Part shown: one piece after another, positions 29,584-37,527 of the stretch
Numbering within the stretch: position 1 is the first letter of the stretch
How the letters are laid out: each line of letters opens with the position of its first letter
Assembly: GCA_043799545.1 (NCBI GenBank)
Contig: JAZDNO010000002.1
Coordinates: 42,269 to 106,268 of the forward strand
Source of the DNA: Methanobacteriota archaeon
Lineage (GTDB): Archaea; Thermoplasmatota; Thermoplasmata; SG8-5; DAIRED01
DNA: 64,000 nucleotides
Direction: 5' to 3'
Made by a program: the position numbers and the translations under genes
Notes under the pieces: model-generated
What the model saw: the letters and a program-made list of their open reading frames with translations, nothing else
Database searches by the model: none
Told to the model about the DNA's origin: nothing

Positions 29584-30317
29584 AAAAGAACATCAAAGGA
29601 GTCGGAGCCATAATATCGATTGTAGTTATTCTCTCTGTAATATCGGTTTATCTTTATATACCAAGTGATTACAAACCAAAATATACCTTGTACACGGCAC
29701 CTAGACAAATTCAATCTAGATTCATATCATCATCTCCAACTATCGACGGGAAACTGGGACAGAATGAATGGGATTATGATGAACTCAGCCAGATCATTTT
29801 ATCATCAAATTTCACTGAAGATTCTCTCACTTGCCAATATATTATTCAAAATATAAATTCAACGTTGTTCCTTTTATTTCGAATAAGCGATGATACTTAT
29901 GGCCCTTTAGACATTTATATAGATAATCGAAATGATAACCTCCTAGACTATACACAAGAACCAATGGAACACCGTCTTCATTTTTACAAAGATAATTTAC
30001 AATGGTGTATATTTTCAAGGGATATTGATGGAAATTTCACTTGGAATGCTGGAGAAAAACGACCAATGCCAAAGATAGTTCAAAGCTTTGGATCGAGCCA
30101 ATCGGAGGATTGGATCGTTTATGAGATAGCCCTCTCCATGACCGAGGAAAACGAGATAATCCTGGGATTAAATAATTCGATTGGAATGGATTTTGCATAT
30201 TGGGACTACGATGTTGGTCAATATTATTTTACTGACCCATATGGTAATCCTGCAGGTGATGCCTCGAATTATACGGACATTTACCTAGCTAATGCTCCAC
30301 AGGATCTACGGGAGTGA
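29580..30317 (+). CDS. N-terminally anchored exported protein with a CBM9/DOMON-like domain
   Basis: ATGA overlap with the giant gene; hydrophobic N-terminal helix; SPTIDGKLGQNEWD...LFLLFRISDD...WIVYEIAL pattern. Confidence 0.7.
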   Translation: MKKNIKGVGAIISIVVILSVISVYLYIPSDYKPKYTLYTAPRQIQSRFISSSPTIDGKLGQNEWDYDELSQIILSSNFTEDSLTCQYIIQNINSTLFLLFRISDDTYGPLDIYIDNRNDNLLDYTQEPMEHRLHFYKDNLQWCIFSRDIDGNFTWNAGEKRPMPKIVQSFGSSQSEDWIVYEIALSMTEENEIILGLNNSIGMDFAYWDYDVGQYYFTDPYGNPAGDASNYTDIYLANAPQDLRE

Positions 30318-30798
30318 AAAATGACCTTCCGTAACCCCCGAACCTGCCGGAGAAAACGCCAGAAGGCGTTGTGTGGCAGCGTGAGCCTTCCCGACAAACC
30401 GTCGTCTGGGATGCCGCCGCTGATCCTCCCGGTGCTTCTCATAGATGAAAAGACCCTTTGCTATCCACCATCCATCGACGGAACAGCGCATTTACTCCGC
30501 AATCCGGCGCTGTATTGCACAGCAAAATATGGGCGGGAAATTCGTAAATCCTTTCGCCAAACACCCCCGTACCGTACGCTTATAGAAACGTTTAGTCCGT
30601 AGAGGATACACGACCGATTCGCAACAAAGCTCAGACCCTTCGCCGTGAATATTATCCCATTGGCGGGAGGCAGCGAAGATGCCTCGATGGAGCATCCCCG
30701 TCCAAGATTTGATGGTAAGATATCGAATGATGGATTGCGACAATTTATAGTTATGGGATGAAGGAAGAAAAGGATGACAGAAAGGTTTGTATTAATAC

Positions 30799-31164
30799 TC
30801 ATCTCACTTTTTTATAGAACTTCGGGGGATCATATATAAAACCACTATACCCAGAGATCTCACCATCACGAAAATCAAGGTCATGAGCGACACGAATCCC
30901 TCTGGGTGTCAAGTAAATCATTCTTTTCCTGTGTCCCTCAGTTGAATAGTCATCCTTTATCAAACCAGCGTTTATTAAATCTTTAAGACGGAGGTTGATT
31001 GTGGAGTTACTACAATCTATAACTTCAGACAGCTCGGATAAAGACATCGTAATTGGTAATGACTTTTCTAATGGATCTTCCTGGTATAACGCAAGCAAGA
31101 TTTTTATAGCTCCAGGAGCTTCAAGTATGTAGATTGGTCTTTTTGGTACATCATTTTTTTTCAT
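30799..31164 (-). CDS. Winged-HTH regulator, divergent from the integrase
   Basis: AIKILLALY..SLSELSEVIDCSNSTINLRLKDLINAGLI..RMIYLTPRGIRVA. Confidence 0.88.
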   Translation of the reverse strand: MKKNDVPKRPIYILEAPGAIKILLALYQEDPLEKSLPITMSLSELSEVIDCSNSTINLRLKDLINAGLIKDDYSTEGHRKRMIYLTPRGIRVAHDLDFRDGEISGYSGFIYDPPKFYKKVR

Positions 31165-31306
31165 CGCGAAACATTATATCAGGGCTCATATTTATAATTA
31201 CCGAATTTGACATTGGGTAAAATTAATATACCCGACAATGCATACCCATTTTCAATATGAGTAATTACCCGAAAAAGAAACAGGAATCGAACAAGAGGAT
31301 GATATA

Positions 31307-32227
31307 ATGCGTAATCCAGCATATCTCATCAGAGCTAACGAGTGGCTCGATGGCCTCAGGAAGAAGAACTATAGTGAGATGACAACGCGCAAGGCTTATC
31401 GTTGGCCGCTAATGGCCGCGTACAGGGCTCTAAAGAGCAAAGGATATCCTACACAGATTAGATCTATCGGTTCAGAAGCCGCATTATTCGTTATTCAGGA
31501 TGTTTTCCATGGACGCGCTAAAGACATCGCAGCATGGAACCGGTTCTTGCTAGCCAACAAGAATCCGGTCATCGAGATGCTGGAGTACCACGTCAATCCA
31601 AGCACGAGAAGCACCGTGGATTGGCTGAACCTAGAGAAAGGCGAGGACTTCGCCGTTTGGGAAGCCGCGCGAGAAATCAGGGAAAAAGCCCTGATTCACT
31701 CGGAACTTTACCTTGGCATGCGCAGGATATCCGTCCAGCGGTTCCAGCTTTCATGGTTCAATGGACAGAGCATAAACATCCATGGCAAAGGGCGGGGAGG
31801 CGGCAAATGGCGTACGATAGCGCCGCACAAAGATACTGCCGAGTTGTTCGCAACCGTAAAAGAGCATAATTCCCAGCTTGCCAAGAAAGCCGGTTCAGAC
31901 TCATATCCCGACAATATGATGTTGTGCGTGAAAGGTACGAACCTCAGGAAATACGGGTTCACTTCGTTGGACAACATCGTCAAGCGGGTTTCCGTCAGGT
32001 CCGGGATAGAATTCAGCCACCACACGTTGAGGAGAACCGCAGGCCGTAGGATGTGGAAGGCAGGAATCGCCATCGAGAGCATCGCGAGGTTCCTCGGGCA
32101 CTCCGACATTAGGATGACCATGTTATATATCGGCGCTAACTACGACGATACCGAGGCGGCGATGCGAGCCGCCGAGAAATGGGACGAAGAACGTAAACGG
32201 TCCGCGAACGGTACAGGGGGTCCATGA
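31307..32227 (+). CDS. Tyrosine recombinase/integrase
   Basis: YLGMRRIS (R), GKGRGGGKWR (K), HHTLRRT (HxxR) and LGHSDIRMTMLY (H, catalytic Y); ends 24 bp from the tRNA-Trp 3' end. Confidence 0.95.
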   Translation: MRNPAYLIRANEWLDGLRKKNYSEMTTRKAYRWPLMAAYRALKSKGYPTQIRSIGSEAALFVIQDVFHGRAKDIAAWNRFLLANKNPVIEMLEYHVNPSTRSTVDWLNLEKGEDFAVWEAAREIREKALIHSELYLGMRRISVQRFQLSWFNGQSINIHGKGRGGGKWRTIAPHKDTAELFATVKEHNSQLAKKAGSDSYPDNMMLCVKGTNLRKYGFTSLDNIVKRVSVRSGIEFSHHTLRRTAGRRMWKAGIAIESIARFLGHSDIRMTMLYIGANYDDTEAAMRAAEKWDEERKRSANGTGGP

Positions 32228-32251
32228 GCCAGCAAATCCAAAAAATAGAAG

Positions 32252-32427
32252 TGGGGGCGCTGGGATTTGAACCCAGATCAGCGGGTTTCTTCCACGCCGG
32301 GAGCTACCCGGCGCGTTTTCTGAACTACGGGTCAGCGCTCCAGTCATACATCACTTCTTCAGCAAACCCGTTGGCAATCATGCCCGTAACTGGAGCCCGC
32401 GAGGATACCGTGTTACCCCACACCCCC
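32252..32427 (-). tRNA. tRNA-Trp(CCA) with a 103-nt intron at 37/38
   Basis: Acceptor GGGGGTG/CGCCCCC-A; anticodon arm GCGGG-CT-CCA-G[intron 32287-32389]A-CCCGC; T-arm CTGGG-TTCAAAT-CCCAG. Confidence 0.95.
32287..32389 (-). ncRNA. Intron-encoded box C/D guide RNA of tRNA-Trp
   Basis: Stem TACGGG/CCCGTA enclosing C (ATGATTG), D' (CTGA), C' (GTGATGT) and D (CTGA) boxes. Guides ACTGGAGC and CGGGTTT are complementary to positions including C34 and C39 (D+5 rule). Confidence 0.88.
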
Positions 32428-32495
32428 ACCATTTCCGGGAGCGCAGACGTTTCGGGCTGCCCGACGGCACACACCGTCAGGCAGCGGCAGTTCAA

Positions 32496-32603
32496 CTAGC
32501 GCTTGCGCAATTTCTGGGCGCGCTTTCGTCTTCGCATCTTCTTCTTGCGCCACTTCCAGCGCTGCTTGCCGCGCTTTTTCCACGCTCTGGAGCTTCGCTT
32601 CAT
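32496..32603 (-). CDS. rpl41e: Ribosomal protein eL41 (35 aa), missed by the ORF track
   Basis: GAGG RBS; MKRSSRAWKKRGKQRWKWRKKKMRRRKRAQKLRKR resembles archaeal L41e (MKR..R.WKK.G..RWKW.KK..RR.KR). Confidence 0.9.
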   Translation of the reverse strand: MKRSSRAWKKRGKQRWKWRKKKMRRRKRAQKLRKR

Positions 32604-32736
32604 TCAGTTTCCTCGCTGAAGTCGGGTAATAGCTGGTTGTTAATATGGTTTTGGGATGGCTCAAGCGGGTCGCGGGTGCAAAGGACGACAAATTATATTA
32701 GCCCCTTCGCACGTGGCGAGCCATATCCTTTTACGC

Positions 32737-32811
32737 GGGCACGTGGCCTAGACCGGATATGGCGCCGGCCTTCTAAGCCGGAGGTCCCGGGTTCGAATCC
32801 CGGTGTGCCCG
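32737..32811 (+). tRNA. tRNA-Arg(TCT)
   Basis: GGGCACG...CCGGC-CT-TCT-AA-GCCGG...CCGGG-TTCGAAT-CCCGG-TGTGCCC-G cloverleaf, no intron. Confidence 0.95.
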
Positions 32812-32946
32812 CTTTTCATATTCCAGCGATGATTGCTGAAGAAAAGCGGAACTACTAGCGGTCTGGATTTATCAGTCGGAGCGGAGCTGGTCCGGTCCGC
32901 TTATCCAAGCGCCATCCATTTATATCCAAAGGTTGATGTTCGGCGC

Positions 32947-33519
32947 GTGTCCCATCTGTACCCCTGGGGCGGCGAGTACGTCGTCGGCAACCCGGACAGC
33001 TGCGTCGCGGCCGTCACGCTTTCGGAATACATCAGGCTGCCAATTGACGAGGTCGCAATACACGGCCACATGAAGACGGAGAACCTGGGAATCGAGAAGG
33101 TCGTCGCGAACGTCGTGTCCAATCCCAACATCCGTTTCCTGATAGTCTGCGGCAAGGAGGTCCGGGGCCACCGCTCTGGCGACACAATCCTGGCAATCCA
33201 CAGGAACGGCATCGACGGAAACAACAAGGTCTTGGATGCAAAAGGGGCGGTCCCGTTCATCGAGAACCTGACCAAGGAGGCTGTCGAGCGTTTCCGCCAT
33301 CAGGTTGAAATCGTCGACATGATTGGCGAGTGCGACCCTGAAAAAATCATGGCCAGGGCAAGGGAATGCGCCGCCAATAATCCGGGCTCGCTCGGCGAGC
33401 CGTTCATAGCGATAAAAATTGAGGGCCAGAAGAAAAAGGCGGACGTGTCGGGGATGCTGGCGCTCCACAGCTCGCTGAGGGTCGACCCGTATTTCGAAAT
33501 GTCTGAGCTGGAGGGATGA
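32947..33519 (+). CDS. mtrA: MtrA-type corrinoid protein, soluble (no C-terminal TM helix)
   Basis: YVVGNPDSCVAAVTL, KTENLGIEKVVANVVSNPNIRFL, EVRGHRSG (Co-ligand His) and GAVPFIENL. Likely GTG start at 32947, about 25 nt after tttatat; the track start at 32833 is probably too early. Confidence 0.92.
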   Translation: MSHLYPWGGEYVVGNPDSCVAAVTLSEYIRLPIDEVAIHGHMKTENLGIEKVVANVVSNPNIRFLIVCGKEVRGHRSGDTILAIHRNGIDGNNKVLDAKGAVPFIENLTKEAVERFRHQVEIVDMIGECDPEKIMARARECAANNPGSLGEPFIAIKIEGQKKKADVSGMLALHSSLRVDPYFEMSELEG

Positions 33520-34475
33520 GATGCCTGCGCGGTGCTGGAGGGTGTTGTAGGATGTTCGGATTCGCAACTGAGCAGAAGAAGTTCAAGGTCATGGGCGCCG
33601 TTTTCGGAGGACAGCCAGGTGAGAACCCAACTATTCTGTTTGGAACAGTCCTGTTCGGGAAGAAGTACCTGGCATTGGGCGCGCCGGAGAAGGAAGAGGT
33701 GAGGGGTTTCATCGCACAACAGGGAGAGTATGCCAAGCTGACTGGAAACCCGGCGGTCGTGGACGTATTCATAGATTCCATGGAGCGCGTCGCTGAGCGG
33801 CTGGAACTGGTGGCCAGCGCGTGGGACGGCCCCTTCTCCCTGGACGTTCCGGAATCCGAGGTCCGCATCGAGGCGCTGAAACACTGCGCGAAAACCGGGC
33901 TGCTGGACCGCGCGATTTATAATTCACTCAACCTTGGTGTCACCGAGGATGAAATTAAAACTCTAGCGAAGCACACGCCCGCAGCAGTAATCTGCCTGGC
34001 ATACAATCCGAAGGACTTTTCCACCGATGGACGGTTGGCGATGCTCAAGTCCGGGGGCGGAATCCTCGACAAAGGGCTCGTTCAAACCGCCAACGACATC
34101 GGCGCAGACAACCTCCTGCTGGACACCGGAGCCACTCCGTTCGAGCACAGCGCCGCCGAGTGCCTGCGCGCGATTCCGGTCTTCAAGCACGAGTTCGGGC
34201 GTCCGGTCGGATGCGCGATACACAACACCGTCGAGAGCTGGCTCTGGATGAAGGCCTGGCGCAAGGAGCACAAGGCGCAGTACGAGCTCTGCGACGCCGG
34301 CTCGAACCTCATGCCGATCCTGATGGGCGCGAGCTACTGCGTGTACGGCCCGATGCGGAACGCCCCTATGGTATTCCCAGCGGCTGCGATGGCGGACAAG
34401 TTCGTCTCCGAGGGGGCCGAGGACTACTTCGGGGTCGCCCCGGCAGAGGGCCATCCGAGGAGGAAGCTCGGTTGA
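33516..34475 (+). CDS. mtrH: MtrH-type methyltransferase (methyl-pterin:corrinoid)
   Basis: MFGFATEQK..FGGQPGENPTIL, IYNSLN, LLDTG and GCAIHN motifs; start at 33516 (ATGA overlap) or 33552. Confidence 0.92.
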   Translation: MRCLRGAGGCCRMFGFATEQKKFKVMGAVFGGQPGENPTILFGTVLFGKKYLALGAPEKEEVRGFIAQQGEYAKLTGNPAVVDVFIDSMERVAERLELVASAWDGPFSLDVPESEVRIEALKHCAKTGLLDRAIYNSLNLGVTEDEIKTLAKHTPAAVICLAYNPKDFSTDGRLAMLKSGGGILDKGLVQTANDIGADNLLLDTGATPFEHSAAECLRAIPVFKHEFGRPVGCAIHNTVESWLWMKAWRKEHKAQYELCDAGSNLMPILMGASYCVYGPMRNAPMVFPAAAMADKFVSEGAEDYFGVAPAEGHPRRKLG

Positions 34476-35383
34476 GCCGCCCGTTCGCGCCGCTGGCTGC
34501 GACGGTGGTCGGCAGTTTTCCCGCAAAGCCCGCGATGAAAATGATGGCGGCCAGCTATCGCGACGGCTCGGACCCGTTCGTCGCATCGCTTGAGGGGAGC
34601 GTGAAAGCCCAGCTCGGCGCGGGAATAGATATCGTTTCAGATGGTCAGACCCGCGACACGATGGTCAACCTCTTCGCCAAGGGGCTGAGGGGCGTGAGGA
34701 TGCGCGAGCGTCCGGCCGTTGTGAGGGAGATAGAATGGATTTCCCCCATCACCCTAGAAGACCAGAAGCATGCGAAGAGCCTCCTGCCCCCTGAAAAGAA
34801 GCTCAAGGGAATCATCACCGGGCCATTCACCATGGCCAAGGGCCTGGAAGACAAATTCTACGGCAGCGCGGAGAATATGGCCTTCGCCCTCGCGGAAGCG
34901 ATGAACAAGGAGGCGCGCTCCCTCGAACCGTTCGTCGACGTCATCCAGTTCGACGAGCCTTTCTTCTCCGTCGAATGGCCAGAATTCGCCCAGGTGCTTG
35001 TCGAGACCGCCAGGCGCGGGCTGTCCAAGCCTGTAGCGTTGCACGTATGCGGCGACGTGGCCCCGATCTTCGACAAGCTTACCGAGCTTCCGGTAGACCT
35101 GCTGGACCACGAGTTCGCGGCGCATCCCGAACTGCTGGCGACGGTCGCGGACGTGTCGTTCAGGCAGAGCCTGGGATTCGGATGCGTGCGCTCCGATAAG
35201 AACGAGGTCGACCGGTTGGGCGATGTTGTCTCGCTCGTCCGCGAGGCCATTGACCGCCTTGGCGCGGAACGCATGCTCCTCGACCCGGACTGCGGGTTGA
35301 GACATCTGGACGAGCCAGTCGCCCGCGCGAAGCTGGAGACTGTCGTCCGCGCTCGGAACGAAGTGCTGGCCATGCTTCGCTGA
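34472..35383 (+). CDS. metE: Core (single-barrel) MetE-like methylcobamide:homocysteine methyltransferase
   Basis: TTG start overlapping the mtrH stop (TTGA); TVVGSFP, DIVSDGQ, KGIITGPFT, QFDEP, zinc ligands HVC and DPDCGL; about 303 aa, no N-terminal folate barrel. Confidence 0.88.
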   Translation: MSRPFAPLAATVVGSFPAKPAMKMMAASYRDGSDPFVASLEGSVKAQLGAGIDIVSDGQTRDTMVNLFAKGLRGVRMRERPAVVREIEWISPITLEDQKHAKSLLPPEKKLKGIITGPFTMAKGLEDKFYGSAENMAFALAEAMNKEARSLEPFVDVIQFDEPFFSVEWPEFAQVLVETARRGLSKPVALHVCGDVAPIFDKLTELPVDLLDHEFAAHPELLATVADVSFRQSLGFGCVRSDKNEVDRLGDVVSLVREAIDRLGAERMLLDPDCGLRHLDEPVARAKLETVVRARNEVLAMLR

Positions 35384-35433
35384 GCCGGGAGTTGGCGAAG
35401 GGGTTAAGTACGTCAGCGGCGATTTGACCCACG

Positions 35434-37527
35434 ATGACCCTGCGGCCCCGCGCTTTCACGGTCGTTCTCGCATCAGCGTTGCTCGTGTCGAGCATCGTCG
35501 TCTGCCTGGCATCGCCCCGCGCTGGCGCGGCCTCGTGGACCGACGACTTCGCCGGCACGGCGTTCGACCCCAGATGGACTTTCCACGGCGACGGCCTGCC
35601 GATGCTCGACAACGATACGCACTGGTTCGCGCTATATCATGACGTCGCGAACGAGACGGCAGGGGTCTGGAGGGGTCCCGCCATCAGGGCGCAGACAGCC
35701 GACGCATACGAATTCGACGTTAGCGCGACGATGAGGTGCATCGCCGGCGAGGAGCCTGTCGGCAGGGCGGAGGTGCGCCTGCTCGATTCCGCTGGCGCTT
35801 CGATATACGCTTTCAGCTGGACCGACCCCGCCAACACCAACAACGCCGCGCAGGTGTCGTTCTTTTCCGGCGCGGCGGATATGTTGATGTACACCACGGG
35901 CGCAACGTACGACTACTCGATATTCATGGACAAGTCGCTTAGGCTGGCACGGCTGTCCGGTCAGGTATCGTTCTACATAGACGGGGCGCTGAAGTATTCG
36001 GGCACGACCCAGGCGGCCAAGGTCTCCACAATCCAGCTCGCGCTGCTGAAGGACACGGACATCTGCCCGCTGAGCAAGGAGGACATGACGTTCGACAGCG
36101 TCTCCCTCGATTACACGGCGGCTCTGACGCCGTCGGCGCCCACCGGGCTCGCCGCGGCACCTTCGAACGGAGCGGCCTCGCTCTCGTGGTCGTCACCGGA
36201 TGTGGGAACGGGCGCCCCCGTGATTGGCTACCGCATCTACAGGGGATACTCGTCCGGGAACGAGCTCTTCCTCACCTCGGTCGGCCCCACCCCTTTCTAC
36301 AACGACTCGGGATTGACGAACGGACAGCCCTATTTCTACAAGGTCAGCGCGGTTTCGGGGCTGGGGGAGGGCGCGATCTCCACCGAGGCCTCGGCCGTGC
36401 CGAGGACCGTGCCGGGCCAGCCCGTCAACCTGCAGACCGTCGGCAGCCCATCGCGTGTCAGCCTCACGTGGTCCCCCCCCGCAGACGACGGCGGCTCGGC
36501 GGTCATAGGTTACAAGGTCTACCGTGGAACCCAATCCGGTTCGCCGTCGTTGCTGGCCGCCCTCGGAGCGGTCGTTTCCTACGACGACGCGGCGGTGACG
36601 GCCGATTCGTCATACTACTATTCGGTCAGCGCAGTGAACGGCGCGGGCGAGGGTGCCCAATCGGGGGAGGCACATGCCAGCACACTCTCCGGCACCACCC
36701 TTCCTTCAGCTCCCAGGGATCTCGCGGCTCTTTCAACAAATGGCACGGTCGCCCTGAGCTGGAGCGCGCCGCTATCGAACGGCAACACCCTCATCGACCA
36801 TTACTCTGTCTACAGGGGGGCATCGTCAGGAGAGAGGGCGTGGCTCGCGGACGTAGCTGGAATTCCCGGCTACGCCGACGCTGCCGTAACGGCGGGCCGC
36901 ACCTACTACTACACCGTCACGGCGACGAATGCCGCGGGGGAGAGCCCGACCTCTGGCGAAGCGAGGGTCACCGTAGCGGGGACGACGGTCCTGACGGAGC
37001 CATCAGAGCCGCTGAACCTCACTCTCCAGACGGGGGACGGTTTCGTCCTGCTGACGTGGGAGAGCCCCGCCGACGACGGCGGCAGTCCCATCACGTCGTA
37101 CAAGGTCTACAGAGGTTCGACGCCCTCCGCGCAGGCGTTGCTTGTAGAATTCGGTCCGGTGAACGGTTACTCCGATACGGATTTGGCGAGCGGCGATACC
37201 TACTGTTACGCGGTCTCGGCCGTGAACGCCGTCGGCGAGGGGGCGGCCTCCGCCACAGCGAATGTCACGATAGCCTCGGAGCAGAGCGTCACCAACGAAA
37301 CGGAGACGGACGACACGTCGCAGCTGAGCCACTGGACCTGGAAGTCGTCGGTCGTGATGCTCGTCCTGCTCGTCATAGGAAGCGCGGGGATTCTGTGGTA
37401 CATGAGAACGCCGGAATCCCCTTCACAACCTGGCGACCCACTGAAGGGCTCAGGTGAAAAGCCAGACGAGAGCGTTGATGGCGAGTCCGATGAGGATGCC
37501 GCCGACGAAGAAGGTGGCCACGATTAG
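35434..37527 (+). CDS. Fibronectin type III repeat surface protein
   Basis: Signal peptide, four Fn3 repeats (PSAP..L.W..P..GG..I.GY.IYRG...YY.VSAVN..GEG) and a C-terminal TM. Confidence 0.9.
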   Translation: MTLRPRAFTVVLASALLVSSIVVCLASPRAGAASWTDDFAGTAFDPRWTFHGDGLPMLDNDTHWFALYHDVANETAGVWRGPAIRAQTADAYEFDVSATMRCIAGEEPVGRAEVRLLDSAGASIYAFSWTDPANTNNAAQVSFFSGAADMLMYTTGATYDYSIFMDKSLRLARLSGQVSFYIDGALKYSGTTQAAKVSTIQLALLKDTDICPLSKEDMTFDSVSLDYTAALTPSAPTGLAAAPSNGAASLSWSSPDVGTGAPVIGYRIYRGYSSGNELFLTSVGPTPFYNDSGLTNGQPYFYKVSAVSGLGEGAISTEASAVPRTVPGQPVNLQTVGSPSRVSLTWSPPADDGGSAVIGYKVYRGTQSGSPSLLAALGAVVSYDDAAVTADSSYYYSVSAVNGAGEGAQSGEAHASTLSGTTLPSAPRDLAALSTNGTVALSWSAPLSNGNTLIDHYSVYRGASSGERAWLADVAGIPGYADAAVTAGRTYYYTVTATNAAGESPTSGEARVTVAGTTVLTEPSEPLNLTLQTGDGFVLLTWESPADDGGSPITSYKVYRGSTPSAQALLVEFGPVNGYSDTDLASGDTYCYAVSAVNAVGEGAASATANVTIASEQSVTNETETDDTSQLSHWTWKSSVVMLVLLVIGSAGILWYMRTPESPSQPGDPLKGSGEKPDESVDGESDEDAADEEGGHD

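Larger units (their letters stand above)
11569..32267. mobile_element. Integrative element (~20.7 kb) inserted at the 3' end of tRNA-Trp
   Basis: Flanking 18-19-bp direct repeat equal to the tRNA-Trp 3' end, tyrosine integrase next to the tRNA, lower GC than the flanks, and accessory cargo. Confidence 0.88.

Noticed and set aside
30461-30802. 113-aa ORF coupled by ATGA to the wHTH gene
   Set aside because: The overlap is suggestive, but the translation has no recognisable composition or motif; insufficient support.
11569-32267. Provirus interpretation of the integrated element
   Set aside because: No recognisable capsid, terminase, packaging ATPase or small membrane virion genes; a highly divergent virus cannot be fully excluded.
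32413-32691. 92-aa minus-strand ORF from the track
   Set aside because: It overlaps tRNA-Trp and is an alternative frame over the real rpl41e gene.
34160-34471. 104-aa N-terminal extension of the metE ORF
   Set aside because: It lies inside mtrH; the TTG at 34472 with an RBS and stop overlap is the credible start.
32947-34475. Evidence for methanogenesis
   Set aside because: Only soluble mtrA and mtrH are present, coupled to metE; there are no membrane Mtr subunits or mcr genes in the window.
36186-37457. Long alternative-frame and antisense ORFs in GC-rich genes (e.g. 36186..37457, 47450..48904, 49956..51257, 52569..53831)
   Set aside because: Arg/Pro/Gly-rich shadows of well-supported genes, typical of high GC3.
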